The position numbers and the translations under genes are program-made. Below are positions 23,505-36,472 of a DNA stretch of 64,000 nt, one piece after another. Under the pieces are notes generated by a model. It worked only from the letters and a program-made list of their open reading frames with translations, made no database searches and was not told where the DNA came from. The DNA is from Macrostomum lignano (taxonomy: Eukaryota). Position 1 is the first letter of the stretch. Each line of letters starts with the position of its first letter. Location of the stretch: contig NIVC01000467.1 in NCBI GenBank assembly GCA_002269645.1, forward strand, positions 1-64,000. The letters run 5' to 3'.

Positions 23505-24520
23505 CCGATTCTAGTCGCTCTAAATCTGGTTACTATCACTCTTATCACTCTCAATCTGGTCACCCTTGATCTAGTAACCATCAATCTAGTCACTCTCAAT
23601 CTAGTCACTTTCAATCTAGTCACTCTCAATCTAGTCACTCTCAATCTAGTCATTCTCAATCTAGTCATTCTCAATCTAGTCACTCTCAATCTAGTCACTC
23701 TCAATCTAGTCACTCTCAATCTAGTCACTCTCAATCTAGTCACTCTCAATCTAGTCACTCTCAATCTAGTCATTCTCAGTTTAGTCACTCTCAATCTAGT
23801 CACTCTCAATCTAGTCATTCTCAATCTAGTCACTCTCAATTTAGTCATTCTCAATCTAGTCACTCTGAATCTAGTCACTCTCAATCTAGTCACTCTCAGT
23901 TTAGTCACTCTCAATCTAGTCACTCTCAATCTAGTCACTCTCAATCTAGTCACTCTCAGTTTAGTCACTCTCAATCTAGTCACTCTCAATCTAGTCATTC
24001 TCAATCTAGTCACTCTCAATCTAGTCACTCTCAATCTAGTCATTCTCAATCTAGTCACTCTCAATCTAGTCATTCTCAATCTAGTCACTCTCAATCTAGT
24101 CATTCTCAATCTAGTCACTCTCAATCTAGTCACTCTCAATCTAGTCATTCTCAATCTAGTCACTCTCAATCTAGTCACTCTCAATCTAGTCACTCTCAAT
24201 CTAGTCACTCTCAATCTAGTCACTCTCAATCTAGTCACTCTCAATCTAGTCACTCTCAATCTAGTCACTCTCAATCTAGTCACTCTCAGTTTAGTCACTC
24301 TCAATCTAGTCATTCTCAATCTAGTCACTCTCAATCTAGTCATTCTCAATCTAGTCACTCTCAATCTAGTCACTCTCAATCTTGTCACTCTCAATCTAGC
24401 CACTCTCAATCTAGTCACTCTCAATCTAGTCACTCTCAATCTAGTCACTCTCAGTTTAGTCACTCTCAATCTAGTCACTCTCAATCTAGTCACTCTCAAT
24501 CTAGTCGCACTCAATCTGCC
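23505..24520. repeat. 15-bp minisatellite CTCAATCTAGTCACT
   Basis: About 67 copies; source of the spurious TRLRV ORF. Confidence 0.97.
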
Positions 24521-25272
24521 CAAGTCATATAGGACTTATTAGCTAGCTGCAACACAACACACAGAATCCCAATCTAGATTACAAGTTTTGTTCATAAAAA
24601 AATCCCAGTCTAGAGAGGAAGCAAAACAAAAGATGATTGAACAAACTTTAAATTGGTCGCTAGCTCAAGACATAAAGCATTCAATGTTGAGATGTTTATC
24701 TATCAATCTAGGATTTTTTGGCTCAAACCGCGGTCTTCCCAAGGAAAAATATGAAACCATAACTGGACGCCTCTGTGGGCACGGCCAGGGAATCCTATTT
24801 GTTTCACCAGGAACCGACACTGGTCCCGCACCACCCCACCTCCCCTACAAGTTGAGGCCCAAACCAAGGAATTCTAAACCTAGCAAGTCTGGAATGGACA
24901 CTCTAATTGGCTGAATACCAAATAGGGCCGACTGTTCCACTGCACCCATTCGGCCAGCGAGTGAATCATGCGTATTTATTGGGCATGAGCATGCAAATAA
25001 CAAAATTATTGAACAATTATTCCAATTGTATTGCTAGTAATAACTCTAGTAATAACTAATGCTACAAATAAAATTGAAAGCATATCATTATTAATATTAG
25101 AACTATTCTGCTCGACTCGCAAAAACGGCGCAGATTTATGTTTCATTGCAGTCGATTTTTTATATATATTATTTATCTCGATTTACACGATTCATACGAA
25201 AAGGCTTTTTGTAACATGCAATAAACCAAAGATGGCAGCGCATAATAGTAAAGTTTCAAAAATTGATTGGGA

Positions 25273-26658
25273 TTACAATAAGAAGGCCGCCGCATTGTCA
25301 ACGCATATGGCCACGACGTTGTATCCAATGTTTTGCAGCATCGGCATGACTTTCAGGTAGCACTTATGCAGTGTCTCAGCCTTCAGGTTGCTCATTGGGA
25401 AAATTCCGACCAAGTCGCGGTACTTTGTCATTGCCGATTTTAAAATGAAGCACAGAGCAGTCTGGGCAACATTTCCGGCTTCTGTGAGACCATGCAATTC
25501 TCCACCGCTCATCTCGACCCGCTTGCTGGGATAAATCTCATCAATCAGCCGGATTTACGTTGGTCTCATAGGCGTGAAGTGTGTCGTAGCGCAGCTTTAG
25601 ATATTCGCAGTTGCCCAGTCCTGTAGTCGAGTCCATCCTCCGCGTCACAAGCCTCTGCGTTTTGATTGAATGATTGAAGGTAGAGCTAAGGAATTTGTCT
25701 CCAGAACACGCTGATAAGCAGCTGAACTCACGGAGAATAGAATATTGGAGAATACCAGCAGTTTTGGTGAATATCGCCGACCATGCTTGTCCACATCCAG
25801 CAATTTCAGCTGCTCAATCAAGAAAGTGAGGCAAGTTGAGTCTGCATTAGACACGTGGTCTTGCTGGTGGAGAAGCTCCAGACTCTTCAAGAGCTGCTTG
25901 CTTGTGATCCGGAGCAAGACTGTCTGATTCCACAGCATTCTTAACAAATGCAATGAGATTCGTCAGCTGAGGAGAGGAGCTTAGAAAAGCGCTCTCCGGC
26001 GAAATGATGCGAACGTATTGCTTCGGTGACACAACTTGCTTGCCGTGGTAGACAGCGACTTCCAGTCTATTGTTCACGATGATGCTGCTCTTGACTGTCT
26101 GGGGTGGACCAGGTGCCATCAGCATGAGATTAATTGAACCAGCAGATTGAAAAATGGCGAATCCGGATGGTGCAGGTTCAGTAGCAAACCGAGTTACCAC
26201 ATCGTCGAGAGTACTGGGAGTCTCACCCGCAAAAATTCTTTCTCTCGCTTCTCCTGCTGTGCAATGCTTGCTTTATGACGCCGCACTGACGTGGCTCTGT
26301 TTGACCTCACGACTGGTGGATTTTTTGTAAAGTAGGCTGGCATGGTCTGAAACTGCGTTGGGACTGCATACTCCTTGAGCCATCTTTTTGTGCGAGCGGC
26401 TCCATTGTCTTTGCCCTTTTCCGAGATGCATTGCAGTCCTGATAGTCGGTGGTGAAGTCCGATTCGACAAAATGCAGAGAGCAGACTCAGGAATGCTGAG
26501 TGGGTTGAAAAGTTGGTTCTCGGGACAGGTCGCGTAGCCATTTGGCCAAAACTCCAGCTTTGATAGGAAACTTGTGTTAAAACGAAATTTCTGCCGAAGT
26601 AGTTGTAGAGACATAGCTTGATTTGCAACCGACCGAAGGCTGCACACTTGCTTGGCAT
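25273..26658 (-). pseudogene. Decayed THAP-domain P-element-superfamily (THAP9-like) transposase, N-terminal half
   Basis: Removing a 4-nt duplication (TTCGGTCGGTTGC) gives MPSKCAAFGC...HKFP...KWLRDLSR...PTQHS*VCSLHF (THAP C2CH). This is followed by RRYSPKLLVFSNILFSVSSAAYQ...LPS, LIDEIY (25531-25548) and LCFILKS...KYRDLVGIFP...IGYNVVAICVDNAA. Multiple stops and frameshifts; truncated after the second catalytic Asp. Confidence 0.85.
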
Positions 26659-27548
26659 TGCAATTTAATGGTCAAATTTTGGTGCTTTTTTCGCAGGTTT
26701 TAGACAGCTCCAAAGTGGTCTTCTGTGTCTTGCCTTTGCCCTTACAATAAAGAGGCTCTTCTTCATAACTTATGGGGCCTAGTAATTCAGTGATGAGTCA
26801 AGTGAGCGTACATGGATGTACTATGGGCATAGTGCTTGGTCCCCCATAAACTCTCCTGCCCTTCCCAGTAAAGACAGCTAGTGCTGTCTTAATGGGGGGT
26901 CGTACACCAGAAACATGCGCCAGCTTGATTTCGGTTCCTCCGTTCCTCAGTTCGTACTAACCCTTTCAATGTGTAGGGTCTAGGTTCCCCTGTACATTTT
27001 GGGAAGTTGGACAATGGACAGGCCCAGATATGAAGCCGGCCCAGGCAGGCAGGCTCAAAAAACGGTTGGGAAGCAAGGGAGGAGCCTTTTTCGGGCGGCC
27101 CTATTTGGTATCGGTTTTTCCTCCCTCTCTGTGAGTGTCTATTCCAGACTTGCTAGGTTTAGAATTCCTTGCCCAAGCCTTCGAGCCTTCGAGACTCGGG
27201 AGTTTTTGTGAGTAAACCCTTCCTTGTAGGGAGGGTTCCCACAAATGGGGACGAAAAATAACAGAAGAGTAATTTTAGTTGAGAGTTGGGGAGAATAAAT
27301 AACAGAATGGGCAGGAGATCCTCGCTGCGCTGCTGTGTATGTACGAGTTCGTGGAACAAAGAGCCTTTCCTGTGGGACGGAAGTGCATAGGAAAATTAAT
27401 GTGCGTTCTTCCCTCACACTGTACTCTATACTGCACATTCACTGTTCTTTGCCCCTATATACGTTGCGAGTTTGTCTCGAAGAGCACTGACTCGCAATCT
27501 TCTCAATTCCACTCTATCGCATTTTGAAACTACCTGATCGTTCCCACT

Positions 27549-28889
27549 ATGGGCTACAAGTGCTGCGTTCCTCTGTGCGTCACCAACTATGCTCGCTATG
27601 AGAAGAATCCAACCGTGACTATCCACAAGTTTCTATCATCTACGCAGTTGGAGCTCCTGAATAAGTGGATCACGGCCATTCCACGCGTGTGGACCGATTC
27701 CGAGTTGGAGCAGCTGAGAACAAACCACAAACCACATTGCTCACAAGCTGAACAGGAGGTCCTTGAATCCGACAAACCTGGAGAAGACAAACGTCCAGCA
27801 CGCTGCCAATGTTTTCAGCGAGTCCACAGTGGAGGCTGCCAAGTTCCACAGGTTTCCCATCGGTCTGATCACCTTCTTACAGCTCATTCTGAGTCTGTGG
27901 ACGATGTGGAATGTTAGGACCACGAAGAAGGCAAAGGAGAAGCGGCTTCCGGACGCTGCTCCGTTGGTTCCGAATGATCCAAGGCTCTCAAAGCTGCGCC
28001 GGTTTGCCACTTTTTTTCATCGATGGGAGGAGTCAAAGCTGCCTGGATTGACTGCTCCTACATTCTTAGCCGTGAGATCCTGCTGCCTCACTCTTGCTGA
28101 CCTCACAGAGCACCTGTTGGCCGAGCATTCGTTTCCTTCCGTTTTGACAGGCCGCATTGTCAGCGATTGGATTGAGCGCCGCTTCGGTCGCTACCGCCAA
28201 TTTCACGGTGGCAACTTCTTCATTTCCGTGCGTCAGATCTTTCAGGCGGAGAAGAAGACCCGCGTCTCGAGCTTGCTCAAGTTTCATGGACTTAAGCTGA
28301 GGGACTTGAGGGACAACTGTTGTCTTTGTCGCTGCCTGGCCTGGAGCATCTGAGTGCTGCTCTTTCATCAACTGATCTGAACCTGTGCTCCTATCTTGGT
28401 GGGCATGTCGCGAAGTCTCTGTGTGGTCAGCTGAAGTGCCAGGATTGCAGGAACTTCCTGGTCACTGCCGACTATTTGGAGTTCCTATCCGATGATGAGG
28501 CCCGCGCTGAGGATTTCGCCTTGATCCAGATGCGTGATCGTGGTGGTCTGAAGTGCCCCAGTGACTTCGTGTTTCTTCTAATGAAGGTATCCTACTTCGT
28601 GTTCGGCCACCTGAAGGATAAGAGTTTGCTGACTGCTGATCTGCTGTACTCAGGAGGAACTGTTCAGAGTATCGTGGAGCTCTGCCAGGATTACATCAGC
28701 AGATCCGGTGAGTTCCGCGACATGCTGAAACAGAAGTGTCCTTGCGGAAGACCTGAGGTTATTTTCTCCTCCAGGATCCTCACCCCAGCAGTCAGAATCT
28801 TTTTGAAGAATCTCGTGAATGAGACCAACGACAACTTGAAGAACGAGAAAGCTTTAAAGAGAAAGAAGGTAAAGTTATCGGGTGAGTGA
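27549..28889 (+). pseudogene. Internally deleted THAP/P-element-like transposase (THAP start fused to C-terminal half)
   Basis: MGYKCCVPLC...TIHKF...KWITAIPR, then in another frame IAHKLNRRSLNPTNLEKTNVQHAANVFS...VLTGRIVSDWIERRFGRYRQFHGGNFFIS, then YLGGHVAK...KCQDC...DRGGLKCPS...KRKKVK. These are P/THAP9 transposase motifs. Confidence 0.88.
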
Positions 28890-29721
28890 GTCTGTCTGTA
28901 GTCCTACTGGAGTCATAATGAGTCTTCAAGAATTGCTTTTCAGTGGGAGTTCTTGCCTGCCATTTGCCAGTGCAATGGAGGATTTTTATATTGATTTATT
29001 CTCCAAAACTGAGCAATATAGAAAAAAATATTAAATTAAAAAGCAATGCAGCAAATATTTTCTTCGACACTGTCTTAATTATTTTTGTTTACTTCTTTTT
29101 GATGATTCCTTATGCGAAAGGCATGCTAACCAGGCAAGAAATTGGGGGAATGGGGAGGGGACTTGGGCCTCAACTTGTAGGCCCCATTTTTCAGTGTCGC
29201 TTCCTGGGGAGCGCAGCGAGCCAATAGGATTCCCTGGCACGGCACGTTGCATTCTCGTTCGTCCCCTCTCTCAGCGATTGCACAACCAAGTAGATGGACA
29301 CGGCTGGCTAATTACAAGTGTCAGCTCTGTGGGGGGGGGGGAGGATTCTGTAAGCACGACACAAGGAGATGAAGATTCACCAACAGTAGCTACAGCGGGC
29401 TGGTGGTTGATATCAGGGAAGATTAGGATGGGGGGTTAGGGTGGAGGTTTTGGGAAGAAGAAAGAAAATGATAGGGGGGCCATAGGTCACTCAGTTTCTG
29501 TGTTTGAAGGCTGGAATTCAACTGGGAATTTGAATAGAATCAGATTCTCGTGGACTACTAAAGAACACTGGACTGGAAGTTTCCGTCTGTTTCGAAATTC
29601 AAGAAAATTATTCACCTTCTATGGTATACGAGATACATGGCCATCTTTAGTTCGAAAAATAAATTTCAACTTCGATTTACGTGAAGTCAACACGACAGTT
29701 GACCAGCAGTCAACGAGGAGT

Positions 29722-30867
29722 CAAAGCTTCGTAATGAAAGTAACCCAGCCTCATCATGAAAGTAACCGAGCTTCATCATGAAAGTAACCCAGCTTCATCT
29801 AGAAAGTGACCCAGCTTCATCATGAAAGTAACCCAGCTTCATCTGGAAAGTAACCCAGCCTCATCATGCTTACTTCCCAGGCTTCCAGTCCAGGTCGCTC
29901 TTACTGCTCCAGTGGTCCGTGATCTTCGTTTGCGCCACGAGAGGCGGACTGCAGCAACCCGCTTTCCCTGTTTGATTGATTGTGGGAATATTCAAGAAAC
30001 CGCCTCCCCTCCCAAAAGACAACAACGGCAAAGAAAAATTGCCTTAAAAAATTCAAGATTCTCAGAGCTGATGGCTCCCCGACTCTTTAGTGTTGCTTTT
30101 ATCTTTTCTTTCACCGAATATTTCTGCCTCGAAACTTATGGGTGATTCATTGGCGCCAGACTGCTGGCCTGGAATATGTAAATATAGAGATATTATATAT
30201 GAGTATGATATTAAAGCTTTATGTATGACTCTGACAGTCAAACTAGTCACTCCAGGAACTGTTGCCCCGGCTCTAAAAATAATCGAATTTATGTGTATTA
30301 AGAACATTGACTGACAGGTCTCGGATCGAATGAGAATCTTGAGTGGGAGCACAGCATTTGAGTGGGCGGAGCTGAGCTTTTCGTTCTGTTGATCATTGAA
30401 GCATGCCGACTCTGAAGTGGTCGCCGCTTCTCAAACCTTCTCAAGTCCTTTCTTCGTTCTGTAACTGCTGTCTCTTTAATATCACCGACTGTGTTACTCA
30501 TGGCTATAGGCGTTAATAAAAAATAGAAATTTATAAAGCGTTGAAGCAGGCGTTCGCAGTTTAGTAAATTGACATTTGATGCGGATAAATTGATCAATTA
30601 AAGGTGTTTTCATGACGAAGCTGGGTTACTTTCTAGATGAAGCTGGGCTACTTTCATGATGAGGCTGGGTTACTTTCCAGATGAAGCTGGGTTACTTTCT
30701 AGATGAAGCTGGGCTACTTTCTAGATGAAACTGGGCTACTTTTATGATGAGGCTGGTTTACTTTCCAGATGAAGCTGGGTTACTTTCCAGATGAAGCTGG
30801 GCTACTGTCATGATGAAGCTGGGTTACTGTCGTGATGAAGCTGGGTTACTTTCATGATGAAGCTTTG
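29722..30867. mobile_element. Foldback-like unit bounded by inverted arrays of a 22-bp repeat (CATGAAAGTAACCCAGCTTCAT)
   Basis: About 6 copies on + at 29722-29870 and about 11 reverse-complement copies at 30611-30867; the outer ends CAAAGCTTC/GAAGCTTTG are inverted. No TSD recognised. Confidence 0.55.
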
Positions 30868-32057
30868 CAACTTTAACATTCACTGCTTCGAGGCCAATAG
30901 TTTCTTCTGTAAGATCAGAAGCTCATTTATCCTTCAATTCCAGTTCTTTACATTCATCAAATTTTTGAGCAATTTTTGGAACTGAGCCCATTGCTGACCC
31001 GATAGGACTCAGCCAAGTGGAACCCGACTCTCTCAGCTGGGGTGGTCGGGCGACCCCCCACACCGAGCGGCCGCAAACCCAGCACCGAACTCAGCCGGCG
31101 CTGGAGGCTCCGCCATCGAGATAAGGGAAATTGAAGACCTCAAACTCGATCAGAATTTTTCGAAATTTGAGAAAATAAATTAAACGATATTTGAACTGTG
31201 CTAGACGTATATACCTATAGACTGCCTTATCTCGCTGGGCCACTCCCGAATAATATAGTCCTTACGTAAAGAAAAGTTTTAATAGCATTTTTCTTCTTTT
31301 GCGCTTTTGAAAAAAAAACTAACTTAAATTTCGGTAATTACTCGAGTGAACTGTATTTCCGGATTTTCCACCTGCCCAAATGTATCAATACTGGCACTTT
31401 CATTGGTGTGAAAACATTCAAACAAATTCTATTAAGCTGTGTGTGTTTTGATACCTCGTCTTTAAAAAAACTCATTCAACCGATAAATTTAATCGATTAA
31501 ACGAATTTTTTTGTTTACTGCGCAGCTAATTTTGGTTTGGTTGAACTTAAAATTCAGCCAGACAAACAGCTGCTAAACCAACTCTGATCTTAATGCACAG
31601 GACCCACCTGTTGCAGGAAAGCAGCGATTAATATAGGCTAAAAAATGAACAGTTAAGCTGTAAAAGGAAGTTCCCTAAACAATCGACCACCATGCTGGAG
31701 GCTTCTGTAGCCGATGTCTCACGCAATTTTATTCAATGCGATATTTATAAGCATTTTTTGTAATCCTCAACTAAGCGCAATAGGATATTTCTGTATCAGT
31801 TTTTTCTCCCAACTGGAAACTCTGGACAATCGGTTGCGTGAGATAGAAATCTGTACAGTTATTCTCTTACTGTAACAGCCCGCTTGTGGCTAACATTTTT
31901 AGACAACAAAACAAAAGCCCATATAAATTGTGTGTATATCAAAATGTCAATTTTTAAAAACGTTTTGATAATTTGGGTTGAAGTGGCCTCCTGTTCTTAG
32001 CACGCAACAGCTAAGCCGGTGAGATAAGAGCTTTTGATTGGTGTGGGATCTGTTTTA

Positions 32058-33830
<1,773 letters not shown>

Positions 33831-34239
33831 TTATTAAGAACCCCAATTAGACTGGCTACCTACTTATATCAGAGCATATAGAACCTGAATCCATTATGTG
33901 TAGCAATTTTAAGCGTATGATTACTTAATGTTGTAATAATATGATACATAATAATGACAGGTCATGCACAAGAGGGACCCAGACTCAGCTCTCTATTCAC
34001 CAGTGAGCCGAGCTGAGAGATCAGGTTACTCACTGGTCGAGTTGAAGGCGAAGTTGAAGTGAAAATTCAATTTCATAAATACATACCTTGCCACTTTGTC
34101 TACAGCAGGTGCTGATTTAATTAGCTATAGTTATAGAATTATAGTTTCAAATTTTTTTAATGTCCAAGCGTTCTTTATTGACATAATTTGGCAGGAAATA
34201 ACTTGTTCTGTGCGTGGCATGAGATATGAATCATGTGTG

Positions 34240-35209
34240 TGTAGTGAGCCGCTAGTTTATTGTTAGGCGTCGCCCTTGTCAGCCGCTCCCTTGCCCTCCC
34301 TTTGGGTTGCTGTCTGCCGCTGGTCAGCTTCCCGTGTCCCTTTCCGCCCTGCTGCGTCTCCGTTCTCAGCCCTCAGTCTCTCGACTGTGGGCTGTCTCTG
34401 TTTCGCTTCCATCCTGTTTTCCTCTGTCATGTGAGCAAGTCACATGACAGACTCTGCGTTCTTCAAGTCCTAAAGTGCAGTAAACATGTTTACTGCACTC
34501 GTTGGCCCTGTTTACCGGGTGAGTCACGTGCTTTCGGACCCCTCCCTTCTCTAAGGAGAGGAGTGACTCATGTTGCTAAAAATAGCAACTGAGTCACAGC
34601 CGCGTGTACTCTGGCCGGGGACCTCAAGTGACGTCAGTTCTAAAAATAGAACAAGTCACGAGGTCTTCCGCACGCTTCTACCCTGCCCAAGACTCTCGAG
34701 TGACGTCAGTTCTAAAAATAGAACAAGTCACGAGGTCTGGAGCGTGGGAATTTCCCGGCTATAAATAGGAGCCCTCTCCCCCTTGTTTCCGTCAAGGAGT
34801 CTTCCTTCTGTTCAACCTCGAGTTCTACGTCCGCGTGTGACTGAGTCCCGAGTGTCCGAATCTTTGCGCACATTGATTCTGTTCCTATTGCTCCGACTGA
34901 GACCTGACCAAAACCAACCCAAGTTTACGAGAGGCTAACTCCGCCCTCCCTGTACCATCCAAGCCCGGCAGGTGCTGCTGACGAGACGCCTTATACGTGA
35001 GCTGCAAATCTGCACGTCGTGCTGTGTTCGTTGACTTCATTATTTCGTTCCGACGGGAAGCTCACCTCACCGAAGGCCGAGACCTGAAGGAACTGGTGGC
35101 AGCACTACCTACGCTACTGAGAAAGTTGAGAGAACTTCCCACTGAAGAGGCCCGAGTCTGAAGGTAATCCGCAAGGGCCGAAACCGGGAAGAAACCCCAT
35201 TGTACTTCA
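34240..35209 (+). repeat. 5' LTR (970 bp)
   Basis: Starts TGTAGTGAGCC and ends GTACTTCA; no difference from 43584-44553 seen by eye; TATAAATA at 34760. Confidence 0.97.
34423..34767 (+). promoter_or_regulatory. LTR U3 enhancer/promoter with FoxO-, AP-1-, CRE-, MEF2- and NF-kB-type motifs and a TATA box
   Basis: TGTTTAC/GTAAACA (34474-34499 palindrome, 34509); TGASTCA (34520, 34564, 34590); TGACGTCA (34629, 34701); CTAAAAATAG (34576, 34640, 34712); GGGAATTTCCC (34746); TATAAATA (34760). Confidence 0.7.
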
Positions 35210-35210
35210 C

Positions 35211-35228
35211 TGGTGGCAGCGGTGGGAT
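35211..35228 (+). other. Primer binding site complementary to the tRNA-Leu 3' end
   Basis: TGGTGGCAGCGGTGGGAT, 1 nt after the LTR, is complementary to ...ATCCCACCGCTGCCA-CCA, the 3' end of metazoan tRNA-Leu(AAG/UAG type). Confidence 0.9.
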
Positions 35229-35299
35229 CCGACTACGACACACCCAAGCCAACCGCTCTTTCGAGAACGACTTCGGCCAGCGACTACGACGAGTTCAAT

Positions 35300-36472
35300 A
35301 TGTTCAACGAACGAGACGAGAGCCGGTGCAGCAGCCGGCTGGATCAGCACATCAGCAGTTCGAGGCCTGCGGCAGCGGACGCCGCAGCAGCAGCAGCGAT
35401 CAACGACCTTGGTCAGCAGCCAACGCCGAGGCGAGGTGCCAGAAGCGACGTGTCCGACGACCCGCCAGACGAGCTTCTGCAAGGCCTGGACAACATCGGC
35501 CGGAACATCACGCACCAGGACGTGAGGACCATGATGGCAGCTCTGCAGCAGCAGATGGAGCGGCCTGTGAGTAAACAAGTTAAGATTGTGAAGTATACTC
35601 CAAGTCAGGACATTTATGTCTGGCTTGCCGCGTTCGAGCAGCGTTGCGAGATGGAGCGCATAGTCGACCCGTTCGAGATGAAGCAACACCTCATCGCGAG
35701 TCTTGATTTGGCTACTGCGTATCCTTCCTTGCTTAGTATGAATCTTCCGCGTTTCGCCAGCTACGAGGAGGTCAAGCAGCGTCTGATTGAGCGATTTGCC
35801 CGTCATGGTGGTGCTGATGAGTACAGAGAGCTGTTTAGGCGTCGTCAACAAGGCAAGAATGAGTCAGCAGAAGAGTTTGCTGACGCCCTGAGAACTCTTG
35901 GTGAACGTGCGTATCCTCGAATGCACCCCGAAGACCGCGAGAAGGAGATTGCTGATCAATTTCTTGCTGGTATCCGGACGACTCCAGACCTGCGTGAACG
36001 GCTGTACTGGGTCCGCCCAAATAATCTTCTTGCTGCGATTCGAGAACTACGACGACTAGAAGGCGCCAAAGAATTGGCGCAGCGAACCGCTCAACCCCCG
36101 GTTAGGATGTTGGACGGGGAGCAGGACGGCGACCCGAAGCCCGACGTCACCGCCCAAGCCTTGCTAACTCTAACCGACTTGATCGAGAAGCAGCAGCGAC
36201 TGCTTGATCACCTGGTGCAGCGTGACCAACAGCAGAAGAACAGCCCGCCGGCGAAGACTACAATCTGCTACGGCTGCGGACAGCCCGGTCACCGCAGTGC
36301 CCAGTGCCCGATGCGCCAGAACCAGGGAAACGGCCAGGCGGAGAGCGACAACGGCACCGCCCTCCGCGAGGTCCAAGCCCAGGCTACTTGGCAGACTCCG
36401 AGAGGTCACCAGAAGAAGAGGATGTCGGCTGTGCAGGCGCCAATGCCCAGTCCGACAGGCGCTCGTCAGTAA
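35300..36472 (+). CDS. gag: Retrotransposon Gag with CCHC zinc knuckle
   Basis: First in-frame ATG at 35300 (the frame is open from the PBS). Contains retrotransposon-gag-like WLAAFEQRC...QGKNESAEEFADALRTL and the knuckle CYGCGQPGHRSAQC. Confidence 0.9.
   Translation: MFNERDESRCSSRLDQHISSSRPAAADAAAAAAINDLGQQPTPRRGARSDVSDDPPDELLQGLDNIGRNITHQDVRTMMAALQQQMERPVSKQVKIVKYTPSQDIYVWLAAFEQRCEMERIVDPFEMKQHLIASLDLATAYPSLLSMNLPRFASYEEVKQRLIERFARHGGADEYRELFRRRQQGKNESAEEFADALRTLGERAYPRMHPEDREKEIADQFLAGIRTTPDLRERLYWVRPNNLLAAIRELRRLEGAKELAQRTAQPPVRMLDGEQDGDPKPDVTAQALLTLTDLIEKQQRLLDHLVQRDQQQKNSPPAKTTICYGCGQPGHRSAQCPMRQNQGNGQAESDNGTALREVQAQATWQTPRGHQKKRMSAVQAPMPSPTGARQ

Noticed and set aside
23456-24523. 355-aa ORF (TRLRV repeats)
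   Set aside because: A 15-bp tandem repeat lacking stops in one frame.
29880-30600. Short ORFs inside the foldback-like unit
   Set aside because: No recognisable domain; cannot be supported as coding.
34260-34764. 110-aa and 64-aa ORFs duplicated at 43604 and 43914
   Set aside because: They start at non-ATG codons within LTR U3 and overlap regulatory motifs; they are identical only because the LTRs are.
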